Shown here: positions 28,808 through 38,914 of the stretch, piece after piece
How the letters are laid out: every line of letters begins with the position of its first letter
Numbering within the stretch: position 1 is the stretch's first letter
IMG/VR virus record: IMGVR_UViG_3300031998_000003
Location: 1 to 64,000 of that record
Direction: 5' to 3' (one strand)
DNA: 64,000 nt
From: a virus
Lineage: Duplodnaviria > Caudoviricetes
Position numbers and translations under genes: made by a program
Notes under the pieces: model-generated
What the model saw: the letters and a program-made list of their open reading frames with translations, nothing else
Databases searched by the model: none
Told to the model about the DNA's origin: nothing

Positions 28808-30454
28808 TTAGCTTCCAGCAATAACGTTTAGTGTGAGAATATCTTCTTCAATAACAGGTGCATTGCTCCATGTTGCAGCACCTGTTAAAAAGTATGCTGT
28901 TGTTTGTGCTGCAGCTGCTGGTGGAACAAATCCTGCAACGCCTGCAGCAGATGCTGTTGCACCCTGATAATTGGAATGTGAATGTGATGGGACTGCACCC
29001 CATGAAGCTGTACCGGATGAACCACCGTATACAAGCACTTGACCTGAAGAACCACCACTCGGAATGTGCTTATTTCCAGCAGTTGTCGGGTGTGTGTAGA
29101 CCGTGACGTCTGCGGCAGCTGTTCCATCTGTGAATGTTTTTGTAATAACACCATTTGATTTTTGTGTGACATTTGCAACTGCTGAAATCGTTGGTGATTT
29201 CATTGATGCATATGCAGATCCGCCCCAACGATATGGTTCAGCCGGTTCAACGCCGAGATCCAAATAGATCTTACCGGTTTCACCAGTGATCTCACCCGAA
29301 TATGTATAATTTGGTGAAGTTCCAGAGCGAGTCGTATAGAACTTTCCATCATGGTAATAACCTTCGATGACATCATCAACATACGACGGAAGGTACTTAG
29401 AATTGACGATATTATCTGATCCAAGGAATGATGTACTTCCGTCAGGTTTGGCTGGGACGAATGCGGATGTCGGTTGATATGCTGCGGTGTCCAAACCGTG
29501 AACTGTTACCGATTGAGCAGAACCACCTGCTGGTGTAACAGTAAACTTACCATTCGTTGAACCTTCAGCAAATGTATAAGTCGTATCTGTAAACACAGCA
29601 TCTGAAGGAACGGCTTTTGCAACATTACCAGAAATTGTGTATCCGTTAATGGTACCGGCAAAGTTTGTTGCTGTAATCGTGCCTGTTGATGGGTTTGCAT
29701 AAATTGAATTTGAACGGTTTGCCGTCTGCGCAGTTGTTGTTGATGAGCTCGATTCATAGTATGACAACAGAAGCGGATAGTTCTTGTTGTCACTCTTGAT
29801 AGACTGTGTTACTTTCGTATCACTGATTGCAGCAGGTAATGTGACTGTTTTCGTATTGATTTTTGTAACGTGACCATTTGAATCACGAGTCACAGAATCA
29901 ACTGTTGTGAATGTACCACCAGCACTAGGAGAAGCTGTCGATGTTGTATCAGTATCAACAGTGATTGCAGGGTGCTCGGTCAGGAATGTACTACCAAGTG
30001 TATATGTCAAAGTACCACTTGAAACATTCAATGCTGTGATTGCATTACCAGAACCGGATGATTCAATACTCTTGATATATTGCGTTGCAGATGTCAAGAA
30101 TGTTGTTCCCTTTGTAACTGTCAATGCACCATTTGCGTCTGCCGTTACTGCAGTAACAGCGTTACCAGAACCAGAAGTGGTTGCTGATGTGATATGGTCT
30201 GTGAACACTGCATTTGATGGAACGTTTACTGCGACGGTCTTTCCATTTACAGTTGCAGCATCACCGGTCCAAACAACGGCATGCCAGTTGTCATACCAGT
30301 TTTGGATTTTACCCAAAGCGAGAGCCAAATCTTGTGCGGTTGGGCTACCGCTAATATTGGACGCATGATTATTGCCACCAGACACAGTTACATCAGATGT
30401 CGCTTTTGTAAATGTGACATTAATCTTTACGTCATTAAACGTTTTATTCGCCAT
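28808..30454 (-). CDS. Tail fibre protein
   Basis: N-terminus similar to 23921-28711; SGSGNA(V/I)T repeats, VPS.AVFTD, LPSYVDDVIEG..GETGKIY, YTHPTTAGNKHIPSGGSSGQ motifs. Confidence 0.78.
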   Translation of the reverse strand: MANKTFNDVKINVTFTKATSDVTVSGGNNHASNISGSPTAQDLALALGKIQNWYDNWHAVVWTGDAATVNGKTVAVNVPSNAVFTDHITSATTSGSGNAVTAVTADANGALTVTKGTTFLTSATQYIKSIESSGSGNAITALNVSSGTLTYTLGSTFLTEHPAITVDTDTTSTASPSAGGTFTTVDSVTRDSNGHVTKINTKTVTLPAAISDTKVTQSIKSDNKNYPLLLSYYESSSSTTTAQTANRSNSIYANPSTGTITATNFAGTINGYTISGNVAKAVPSDAVFTDTTYTFAEGSTNGKFTVTPAGGSAQSVTVHGLDTAAYQPTSAFVPAKPDGSTSFLGSDNIVNSKYLPSYVDDVIEGYYHDGKFYTTRSGTSPNYTYSGEITGETGKIYLDLGVEPAEPYRWGGSAYASMKSPTISAVANVTQKSNGVITKTFTDGTAAADVTVYTHPTTAGNKHIPSGGSSGQVLVYGGSSGTASWGAVPSHSHSNYQGATASAAGVAGFVPPAAAAQTTAYFLTGAATWSNAPVIEEDILTLNVIAGS

Positions 30455-30470
30455 AATATCAACTCCTTAT

Positions 30471-33400
30471 TTATTCCTCAACATTCAAAACAAGCCGGTG
30501 ATAATCCGGAATGGTTACAACACCGTTTGTCACATCAAGATCTTGTCCAAATGTTAGCAGTGTATTTGTTGAGCCATTCTCAACATAAATCACAGATCCA
30601 TCATCAGTTAATCCGACATGTGTCACGCCTGTATTTGTCACGACATATTTTCCAATCTCGATTGGCCATGAGATCTCGCATGCTTTTAAAGCATTTTCAT
30701 CAATTTCTGTTTCAGATTCTTTTCTCAATAATATTACAACATATTTTGCATTATCGGGACGGACCACTTCATCTGACAATGTCTGCCATGTTGTTGCCAT
30801 TGAAATAAATTCTGAATTTGAATCGTAGAATGATGCTTCCCATCGCATATCATTGTCAGATGTATCTTGTGCGGATACATTCAACATATTTGTCAGGCCG
30901 ACTTCAATCATCGGAGAACGGATAACCGTCATTGTTAAATCATCCGGTTCACCATTAACTGGATTGATTGATCCTTGTTCCCATTGTAAATCGGTAATGT
31001 CAGTTGATTCTGCTGAACCCTGGTTGATTGTGATCCCATCACCAGCAACATATTCAACACCGACATTTGCAGTCAATGTACCATCAGATGTTACTGATAA
31101 TCCGGGACCAACTTTGACACCGCCGATATCAGTTGTTGTCGCAGGTGTCACGTTAATTGTATTATCAGATGAATCGATTGTCAAACCATCACGGACATTT
31201 GCATCGATAAATGTTCCTTGACTTGCCGAATCCGTGATGATAAGTTTTAATTCGGTGAATGATGCTGCGGACACTACATCAGAAGACGTCCAATGCGTAT
31301 CATTGATTCGAATGAATATGTCTAATGAGTTTCTGTCTGCAGGCATTGTGTATACCGTTGATTGATCAACTTCAAAACCATCTACAGGTCCTGTTTGACC
31401 GATGATTGAAATACCACCACTGCCATCAGAATTTGATGGATAGCTGTCGAATCCGTAGTATATAATATCGGTTGGATTTGTTGGTACAAATTTCACTTTG
31501 AAGTGTGTGCCTGCTGCAAGCGAATATCTTTGCAACAAATATGTTCGATCCGTTGAAATTGTATATCGACTACCACCGCCTGTAGGTGATTCATTAACCC
31601 AATGCTCTGATGATATATCAACCGGTGTATTGTGTTCCTCACTACGTTCTGTGATAGAAATACCTTCGCCTGCGAGATACTCTTTCGATCCACCGCCTAT
31701 TGCGGAGAGAACACCATCTTGATCGATTGATAAATTCTCACCGACTTTGATACCACCTAACGTATTAGCTGATGCAATAGGAAGCGTGTAATGATCCAAT
31801 GATAAAGTTGTATCGCCATTTATTTTTGATACAACCAAGTCGCCATTGTTGTCTTTTGTGACATCTAATACACCGGTATTCTCAATGATGTTTTCAGTGT
31901 GGGACTCTGTATGCATTGTGTCCAACAATGAGCAAATATAATCAACTAAATCGGACTCGTCATAAACGACTCCTGTCAAATCGTCAACTTTGATGTTGGT
32001 TGAAATGGAACTGTTTTGATACCAATATCCATTGTCAGATCTATACCATGTCTCATTGTTATATGTGAATGCTACTGGATTGCTAGTATAGCCTCTAGTA
32101 TTATATTTAACTGCTTCCGGATTTTTTGAGAATAATACAGGACCATTCCAGTTATTGTTGTAATGTGATGCAACAAACGCATATTTTGGTAGAGCAGCAC
32201 GTTCACTCGTCAAAGTAAAACTTCTACCAATATAGCCTAAATCTGTTTCATCAATAGAGTAATACTCACTTGAAGTATCGTAATCTGAATCAATTGATTC
32301 AGTTCGAATGTTGATACCGTTACCAGCAGTATAACCAGCACCGCCTGTTGCGCTCAGCACACCGTTTTGATCAATCGAAAGATTATCACCTATTTTCACA
32401 CCACCAAGCGTATTGGATGATGCTGTTGGCAGCGTATAGTTTTCCAGCCCAGCTAGTTTGGTTTGTTCCTCTGTCGTATAAGATGCAGTCGTGTTATCTA
32501 ACACACTTTTGTTTGTGTGAGTATGTGAACTTTCTTCCAGGGTCGTTACACGTCCTGACAATGCGGTATCATCATAATTCTCTAAACCGGCAAGTTTGGT
32601 CTTTTCTACGGATGTATATGAAGCCGTCGTTGCATCTAATATAGCTTTATTGGCATGCGTATGAGCAACATTTTCCAAGTTTGAAATGCGGCGTTTGACT
32701 TCAGTATCATCATACGGCGGTACAATAATACCACTTGTATCGACTGACACTCTTCCGTTAGAATCAATTAATAGACCTTCACCGATAATGATGCCACCAA
32801 GCGAATGTCTTGTTGCAATGGGTAACACATATTTGTTTGCATTTGGTTCAATACCAGATAATTTTACAGCAAGTTCCGTTGTGAATGGAGCTGTGATCGA
32901 ATCAATAATTGATTTATTCAGGTGAATGTGTTTTGCTTGTTCCAGCAGCGTGACACGTTTTGCTAACTCATTCGCAGTTTTCTGAACAGCAGCAAGTTCT
33001 TCCTTTGTCGCAAATTTCGATACGTCAATATCAATTGCAGATGACAACGGATCCCAACGATTATTGAACCAAACATATTCAATATATGCTTTTCCATCCG
33101 GAGTCACCTTCGCCATTTTAACAAAGCGGATATCACCATCTTTGTTACCAGTCTTTGGTAATGCTGATGCGGATGGGAGAATCGGACCTAATACACGAAC
33201 ATACGGTTGTTTGTCCATATAAGCAATTACGGTTGCTTCAGACGTATCTTCGACAAGTTTCTTTACTTCTTCTTTTGTAAAGTATTTCGAAATATCGATG
33301 TTTGCACCGATGTAAGGAAGTTGTGAATAATACTTATTACCTTCACCAATTTTGATTCGAGTATTTCCATCTGGAGTTAATTCAACGCACAGAACACCAC

Positions 33401-33479
33401 GTGGAACAACGTAACTTTGAACAGCACGTTCTTTCCATTGGTCTGTTCGTTTTACAATATGAATATTCGAATCATCCAT
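30471..33479 (-). CDS. Tail fibre/spike anchor protein with repeats
   Basis: N-terminal G.LCVE...RIKIGEG...YSQLPY; repeats HTH.NK..LD.TTASYT..E.TKLAGLENY and YTLP.AS.NTLGG.K.G.NLSIDQ.G. Start reassigned to MDDSN at 33479 (RBS AAAGGAG, promoter at 33503). Confidence 0.75.
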   Translation of the reverse strand: MDDSNIHIVKRTDQWKERAVQSYVVPRGVLCVELTPDGNTRIKIGEGNKYYSQLPYIGANIDISKYFTKEEVKKLVEDTSEATVIAYMDKQPYVRVLGPILPSASALPKTGNKDGDIRFVKMAKVTPDGKAYIEYVWFNNRWDPLSSAIDIDVSKFATKEELAAVQKTANELAKRVTLLEQAKHIHLNKSIIDSITAPFTTELAVKLSGIEPNANKYVLPIATRHSLGGIIIGEGLLIDSNGRVSVDTSGIIVPPYDDTEVKRRISNLENVAHTHANKAILDATTASYTSVEKTKLAGLENYDDTALSGRVTTLEESSHTHTNKSVLDNTTASYTTEEQTKLAGLENYTLPTASSNTLGGVKIGDNLSIDQNGVLSATGGAGYTAGNGINIRTESIDSDYDTSSEYYSIDETDLGYIGRSFTLTSERAALPKYAFVASHYNNNWNGPVLFSKNPEAVKYNTRGYTSNPVAFTYNNETWYRSDNGYWYQNSSISTNIKVDDLTGVVYDESDLVDYICSLLDTMHTESHTENIIENTGVLDVTKDNNGDLVVSKINGDTTLSLDHYTLPIASANTLGGIKVGENLSIDQDGVLSAIGGGSKEYLAGEGISITERSEEHNTPVDISSEHWVNESPTGGGSRYTISTDRTYLLQRYSLAAGTHFKVKFVPTNPTDIIYYGFDSYPSNSDGSGGISIIGQTGPVDGFEVDQSTVYTMPADRNSLDIFIRINDTHWTSSDVVSAASFTELKLIITDSASQGTFIDANVRDGLTIDSSDNTINVTPATTTDIGGVKVGPGLSVTSDGTLTANVGVEYVAGDGITINQGSAESTDITDLQWEQGSINPVNGEPDDLTMTVIRSPMIEVGLTNMLNVSAQDTSDNDMRWEASFYDSNSEFISMATTWQTLSDEVVRPDNAKYVVILLRKESETEIDENALKACEISWPIEIGKYVVTNTGVTHVGLTDDGSVIYVENGSTNTLLTFGQDLDVTNGVVTIPDYHRLVLNVEE

Positions 33480-33502
33480 GTCAATCTCTCCTTTCATAGG
33501 AT

Positions 33503-33516
33503 TTAATGAAGCGTTT
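33503..33516 (-). promoter_or_regulatory. Late-type promoter AAAC-N7-TAA
   Basis: AAAC GCTTCAT TAA. Confidence 0.65.
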
Positions 33517-33524
33517 TCAGTAAA

Positions 33525-33548
33525 TGGGCGGGGCATTTGCCCCACCCA
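33525..33548 (-). terminator. Terminator-like hairpin
   Basis: TGGGCGGGGCA-TT-TGCCCCACCCA (the mismatch is a G-U pair on the - strand). Confidence 0.65.
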
Positions 33549-33557
33549 CTACTATTA

Positions 33558-34460
33558 TCATTTCATCAACGCTTCACGAGTTTCGAGATTACATGTTGCT
33601 GTCAGTTTCAGTTTCTGATCCCATTGGAATCCGAGGACTGCAGACATCGTCTTCTTCCCGAAGTCACCGTCATCTTCACCCTTCGTGAGATATCCCTTTG
33701 CGATCAGCTGTTGCTGGAGCCACTTCACATCATCACCGTTGTCACCACGTTTCAGCTCTTTGACATCCTCAGTCAAGAGCACCCAACCAACACCGGACTT
33801 CAGCTTACCGTATTTCAGTGAACCGATTGTGGTTTCTTGTACGATCGTGTAGATACTCTCGACAGAAATCATGCTGACCTGTTCGACCTTGTTGTCATCG
33901 ATACGGAAGATTTTGGTACCGAACGGAAGCCGCTTCGTATATGGCTTGAAAGGTTCGGGTTCTGGACCATTCGGTTGTAAAACAAATCCGAGGAACATGT
34001 AACCTGAACCTGCTCCCCAGTTTCCGTCACTGCCCTTCTTTCTGTTTGTCGTCCAGAATGCATTTGGACAATCGTATCCAGACTCGGATGTCACAATGGA
34101 TCCGTCAGCATTAATCTGTTCGACGATGGCGACATGTCCTGCGCCATCTTTGTAGCTGAGTGTGGGGCCTGCTTGCCATACAATGATGGCACCAAGCTGT
34201 GGATTCTGTGAAGTTTTCAATCCGTGCTGAATGCCGTTTGCATACATATTCTCTGCGTTGATTGGATCAATCAGTGAGAATTTTGTATCACCAGCAATCT
34301 CATGGAAACGTCCACAAGCATATCCAACACAATTGTGAAGTACATTGCAATCCGGATCTGTTGGACTACCCAAGATCGCAGTACTGTATCCACCGCTGTC
34401 TTTGCGGATATAGTACTTGTTACCCTTTTCAGGTCTCGTGAGTCTCGGTTTAAATGCCAT
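33558..34460 (-). CDS. CHAP-domain endolysin with SH3-like and PG_binding_1-like domains
   Basis: NCVGYACGRF, GHVAIVE, TSESGY; LKRGDNGDDVKWLQQQL...DGDFG.KT..AV..FQ. Confidence 0.88.
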   Translation of the reverse strand: MAFKPRLTRPEKGNKYYIRKDSGGYSTAILGSPTDPDCNVLHNCVGYACGRFHEIAGDTKFSLIDPINAENMYANGIQHGLKTSQNPQLGAIIVWQAGPTLSYKDGAGHVAIVEQINADGSIVTSESGYDCPNAFWTTNRKKGSDGNWGAGSGYMFLGFVLQPNGPEPEPFKPYTKRLPFGTKIFRIDDNKVEQVSMISVESIYTIVQETTIGSLKYGKLKSGVGWVLLTEDVKELKRGDNGDDVKWLQQQLIAKGYLTKGEDDGDFGKKTMSAVLGFQWDQKLKLTATCNLETREALMK

Positions 34461-34488
34461 GGTAACCATCCTTTCTATTTGAATATAA

Positions 34489-35169
34489 TCAATCAGTTGC
34501 TGTGCTGATCGCAAGATATCCATCCGTGATGTATTCAACACCATCGAGTGTGAATGTTCCGAAGTTCAATGCATATGCTGTATCACGAATGATCATGAAC
34601 GCTTTTGGTGTAACACTCTTGGTACCAAGATTTGCATTTGTAGCAAACGCCTGTAAAACGGTTTGTGTACCAACTTCGGATGTGACCGGTGTAGTTGTAT
34701 TAAATGATGGATTATCCCCATACGCTATGTGACGAAACGGTTTGGTGAAACTGGCACTACCCTGCGCGAAATCTACTCCGATGTATGCCGGCACGCCATT
34801 GTTTGTTTTGGTTATCATGAAATGCATCTGATAAGCATATCCGTTAGAGGTTGTAGCAGTTCCTTGGACAATAATACCATTTTCGCAACCGATATAATTT
34901 GTCACATTCTGTTCGCTGGAATGTATAAGCAGATTAACTTCGGCTAAAGTCACATAATCATTCGGACTTCGGTAGACCCTGTAATAGCCTGGAGTTGACG
35001 AACCGTCTGGTCTGTCGGAAAATTCCATCATGATATGCCTATCGGCATCCAAGCACATGATTTGATTATTCGGACCCAGTTCAACCGATGCAAAAATACT
35101 TGGAACCAATGTATCTAATAACTGTTTGAACTGGTTTGCGTTTTTCAGTACTCCTCGAACAATTGCCAT
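34489..35169 (-). CDS. Virion structural protein (hypothetical)
   Basis: In the late structural operon; beta-rich composition. Confidence 0.6.
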   Translation of the reverse strand: MAIVRGVLKNANQFKQLLDTLVPSIFASVELGPNNQIMCLDADRHIMMEFSDRPDGSSTPGYYRVYRSPNDYVTLAEVNLLIHSSEQNVTNYIGCENGIIVQGTATTSNGYAYQMHFMITKTNNGVPAYIGVDFAQGSASFTKPFRHIAYGDNPSFNTTTPVTSEVGTQTVLQAFATNANLGTKSVTPKAFMIIRDTAYALNFGTFTLDGVEYITDGYLAISTATD

Positions 35170-35174
35170 TATTA

Positions 35175-35543
35175 TCACTCACTTTCTGTATTCGTACGAT
35201 GACCTGCGAGAGTAACTTCGGCAGAGCCATATTTTGATTTTGGAGCATATCCGGCGGTGTAACCATCACCGGTACCACCGCCTCCACCTCCTCCTCCGCC
35301 ACCGCCACCACTGTGTGGATCTTCATCCGGAAAGTATTCATAAATGTTTTCACCATTTACGATCTTTCCTGTGTTAGAGTCGGTGATCAGATACTGAGGA
35401 AAATTGATGAGAAATGATATCTGTTCGTAGGTCGCAACGTATCCTTTCACAGGATTCGGTTGGTTGATGATTGCAATATTGATCGCACGCATTGAAGGAA
35501 CCGAAATATCAGTTACATCAATCTTCAAAGTTTCATCAGCCAT
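35175..35543 (-). CDS. Virion structural protein with poly-Gly linker
   Basis: In operon; long Gly run. Confidence 0.6.
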   Translation of the reverse strand: MADETLKIDVTDISVPSMRAINIAIINQPNPVKGYVATYEQISFLINFPQYLITDSNTGKIVNGENIYEYFPDEDPHSGGGGGGGGGGGGTGDGYTAGYAPKSKYGSAEVTLAGHRTNTESE

Positions 35544-35545
35544 TA

Positions 35546-36799
35546 TCAATCACCAACTTCCGCATCAACTGGTTGGATGAATGTAAGCGGAATCAGTTTG
35601 CCGAGTGCAATATCAGCATTGAATGCCTGTTCAACAGTGACAGACTCGTCATCCGTTGTGGTATATGCTTCAGTGGTCTGATATACAGTACCAGGTTCGA
35701 GCCATGTGATAACTCCCTTATGGAAGTAATGGCTCTTCACATATTCCTCGGAAGTGTAGTAGATGTTCTCAACACGGTGAGCTAGTGCCTCGATGGTAGC
35801 ATCCTGTTCCTCGATACGTGCGGTCAATGCAGTAATCGTTTCGGACATCGAAGTGATTGCATTCCGCATTGTCTCGATTACATCTTCCATCGGCTCATAC
35901 AGCGCGGACCATACGTCATATACATTACCAGCAATGATCATGTTGGAAGTGTATACATTGAACGAAATCTTGAGACGTGTTGTGATATTTGCCTGGAAGG
36001 TTGTAGACCAGTTCAGATTTGAAGCAGCCACCAAGACGACTTCATCTTCCTGTGTTGCATTAATTGTGTCAACTTGCTGACTGATCTTGGTGTCGTTCTG
36101 TGTGAATGCATAGAACGGATTCAGTCCTTCCGTAATATGATTCTTTGTGATGATCTTTCTACCGTATACTTCGATACGATCCAGACGCAGGATATACATA
36201 CCAGCATAATCCATCGCCGGAATATTCGTCACCATCATATTTGAGATGGACTCGACGAAATAATCCATGACGTCTGTGTAGTGGAACTTACCGATCGTAT
36301 TGCTGGACTGAACGGAGTTGGTATATACAACACCACCCTGTTCGTCCAGAACTGTGAACAAGATCTTCACTTGGAAGCCACTCTTCAGAATGGAAAGAAC
36401 ATGATCATTGGTCTCAAACTGAGAACCGATTTTATTGCAGAGGAATGAATACAACGAGTCATTTGTGATGATGTTGCCTTCAGTCAGATCGAATGTACCA
36501 ATGAGATTGATACAAGACATATCACTGCGTCTTGTTACCTGAGTGCGGACATTCTCAGAGACGCTGATCTTTGTACCGTACTCAAACAGATCACGCTGAA
36601 TCAGAAGCGGATCGTTGTTTACGATCGTGAACAGACTGCCGTTGATCATTCCCGCAGTCGGAATCTTCGAGTTGTCCGGATTCGGTTGATACATCTGATG
36701 GCAGCAATCACATGCATAGTTTCCATTCATCATAAATGGATAGGTACGCGGAACCGGAACGCGTCCACCGCATCCGCAGCCAATTGTCATTTCGTTCAT
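35546..36799 (-). CDS. Virion structural protein (Cys-rich N-terminus, coiled coil)
   Basis: RBS AAGGAGG; in operon. Confidence 0.65.
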   Translation of the reverse strand: MNEMTIGCGCGGRVPVPRTYPFMMNGNYACDCCHQMYQPNPDNSKIPTAGMINGSLFTIVNNDPLLIQRDLFEYGTKISVSENVRTQVTRRSDMSCINLIGTFDLTEGNIITNDSLYSFLCNKIGSQFETNDHVLSILKSGFQVKILFTVLDEQGGVVYTNSVQSSNTIGKFHYTDVMDYFVESISNMMVTNIPAMDYAGMYILRLDRIEVYGRKIITKNHITEGLNPFYAFTQNDTKISQQVDTINATQEDEVVLVAASNLNWSTTFQANITTRLKISFNVYTSNMIIAGNVYDVWSALYEPMEDVIETMRNAITSMSETITALTARIEEQDATIEALAHRVENIYYTSEEYVKSHYFHKGVITWLEPGTVYQTTEAYTTTDDESVTVEQAFNADIALGKLIPLTFIQPVDAEVGD

Positions 36800-36811
36800 G
36801 GGATACCCTCC

Positions 36812-38104
36812 TTATTTGATTTTGAGTGTTTGTTTGATAATATAGATGATAATCGGTGTCCACAAGAAGACTTCCTTCGACATCGAGTTATCAAATAATT
36901 GATCGCCGGTGTACAATGACAAATCATGAATCGAACGGATCTTTCCATGAATGAAATCGTGAATCATTGACACGTAGTCATACCGTCTGAGTTTGAAATG
37001 TCTGATACATGTGTCGCGGAATTTGCAACACTGACAGTCACATGTTTGACAATGTCTGGTGTCATTTTCAGCTTCCAGAATTTGATAGACTTCTTCTGGA
37101 AAATAGAACTCACAATCCGGTGCTTGACACCAAGTATCACCAGGCATCATAACCGAAACATCGTCTCCATAGTTATAGAAAGATGAATTCGGGAATGCCA
37201 ATGATGTCATGAGTTTATACTTAAATCGATCAAGATAACGAATCGGTGCATCTCGTTCGATCCATTTATAAACCGATCTCTGATAATAGTAATCAGCCGT
37301 ATTGGAGTTCATTTTGTTCTCATTCAACACGATATTTCCATGAGCATTGTCACGGATCATGATGCCGTGTTTTGCCATGAATGTGTTCCCACACATATCA
37401 AACAGAGTCATGCCGTTCAGATGCAGGACGAAACAGTTATGTGTATGATCGTAATAGTTGGAAATGTAGTTTTCAACCATATCATCAACCATACGAATCA
37501 AACGACTCCGAAGCTCGTAATCTTCTTTACCGATAACAGGTGTCAGATCTTCTGCACCAACAGTCTGTAGATCACATTTATAATGACCAACAACCTGACG
37601 ACGGAGTTGTTCGATTTCACTCGGTTGTGTTGTGAACAACGAATATGAGATTCGATAAGAACCATCTGTGTTCAGACCATCTTGTGTGACTTCCGTAACA
37701 CGAATCAGATGTGTCATCTTCAGATGATTCACGATGAAGAAATCGTTTTCTTTTGGCATTACCGTTCCAGGAATGATGAATGCATCTCCAGAAAGATTGT
37801 AATTGCGGACTGTTGTTGACGGAGTTGTTCCATTCTCCGGATTCAACGGTGACATTCCGAGAAGTGGGAAGTCTTCAATCTCGTTCCATCTGATAGGAGA
37901 ATCGATTCCGAGAATCTGATATGCGTCGTTCAGTCCCAGAGAATCTGTTGTATTCTGATCATCGATTGAGAAGTATGTAACAATTGTTCGCCCAGCTCCA
38001 GTATACTTATTGATTCTGGAATGAAGCCATTTATCATATTTATACATCTGACCGTTGACCAATGAATTTTCGTCATAAATCAATTGCGGCATTTTTCTCA
38101 CCAC
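36812..38104 (-). CDS. Virion structural protein (hypothetical)
   Basis: First gene after the late-type promoter at 38156-38169. Confidence 0.65.
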   Translation of the reverse strand: MVRKMPQLIYDENSLVNGQMYKYDKWLHSRINKYTGAGRTIVTYFSIDDQNTTDSLGLNDAYQILGIDSPIRWNEIEDFPLLGMSPLNPENGTTPSTTVRNYNLSGDAFIIPGTVMPKENDFFIVNHLKMTHLIRVTEVTQDGLNTDGSYRISYSLFTTQPSEIEQLRRQVVGHYKCDLQTVGAEDLTPVIGKEDYELRSRLIRMVDDMVENYISNYYDHTHNCFVLHLNGMTLFDMCGNTFMAKHGIMIRDNAHGNIVLNENKMNSNTADYYYQRSVYKWIERDAPIRYLDRFKYKLMTSLAFPNSSFYNYGDDVSVMMPGDTWCQAPDCEFYFPEEVYQILEAENDTRHCQTCDCQCCKFRDTCIRHFKLRRYDYVSMIHDFIHGKIRSIHDLSLYTGDQLFDNSMSKEVFLWTPIIIYIIKQTLKIK

Positions 38105-38155
38105 ACTTTCTTGATGATAATTTTGTAAACATGTCGGACTGTTATATCCCGACAG

Positions 38156-38169
38156 TTACAATGCGGTTT
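38156..38169 (-). promoter_or_regulatory. Late-type promoter AAAC-N7-TAA
   Basis: AAAC CGCATTG TAA. Confidence 0.65.
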
Positions 38170-38195
38170 CAATTTATTTTTCTTCTTCTACGTGC

Positions 38196-38205
38196 ATATA
38201 TCATT
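38196..38205 (+). promoter_or_regulatory. Early-type promoter core ATATATCATT
   Basis: Followed by CAAGTGAATA. Confidence 0.6.
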
Positions 38206-38260
38206 CAAGTGAATACAGGGAAACCATATCAAAGCTTGTATTCAGAAAGGAAGTGCTATC

Positions 38261-38899
38261 ATGATTCGAATCAGAATCAATCAGAAAAAGGTGTCAGACG
38301 TGACATCTATGAACGCTAAAGGTTGGCGTGTGTCAATATACCGGGATGCAAATCCATTGAATGAAATGGCTACTGTTGAGAAGGACGCCATCAAATTCAT
38401 GCTCAGTATCATGCATCCGGCCGTCCTTCAAAATGGAACCAGCGCCCATACGGTGAATGCGGTACAGATCAAGAAGTATGTACATGGGTATTTCACAGAC
38501 TCCAAAATCTTCATGGATACTGGATCTGGAATCAACGGCACTATATGTATCTCCGAAGGAAAATGTGTTGAGACAACATATGCATTCTTCAGATCCGAAG
38601 AGCTGCAAAAAATAATTGACGATTATGGACTGAAAAGGGTATCATTCCCAAAAGACATCTCAGGTTATTCGTTTGACAAAATCGTCCCATCACCGGCAAA
38701 CCTGCCTGAAACAAAAGCATCATTGCCACCGTTCCATACAGATGGGTCGTATGAGAAATATAAGACTGAAGATGGTAATGTTGCATGGCGGATCCATGGC
38801 GCATCGTATGTATACGAATATAATACGTGCACATTGACGATCCCATGGGAATACAACATACTCCGTGTGAGAGAATTCATGGATGCGCTAACATCATAA
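38261..38899 (+). CDS. Hypothetical protein
   Basis: RBS AAAGGA; early-type promoter. Confidence 0.7.
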   Translation: MIRIRINQKKVSDVTSMNAKGWRVSIYRDANPLNEMATVEKDAIKFMLSIMHPAVLQNGTSAHTVNAVQIKKYVHGYFTDSKIFMDTGSGINGTICISEGKCVETTYAFFRSEELQKIIDDYGLKRVSFPKDISGYSFDKIVPSPANLPETKASLPPFHTDGSYEKYKTEDGNVAWRIHGASYVYEYNTCTLTIPWEYNILRVREFMDALTS

Positions 38900-38914
38900 G
38901 GAGGAATGATCGCA

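Noticed and set aside
33480-33545. N-terminal extension of the 1024-aa fibre ORF
   Set aside because: It spans a terminator, a promoter and an RBS; the real start is probably ATG 33479.
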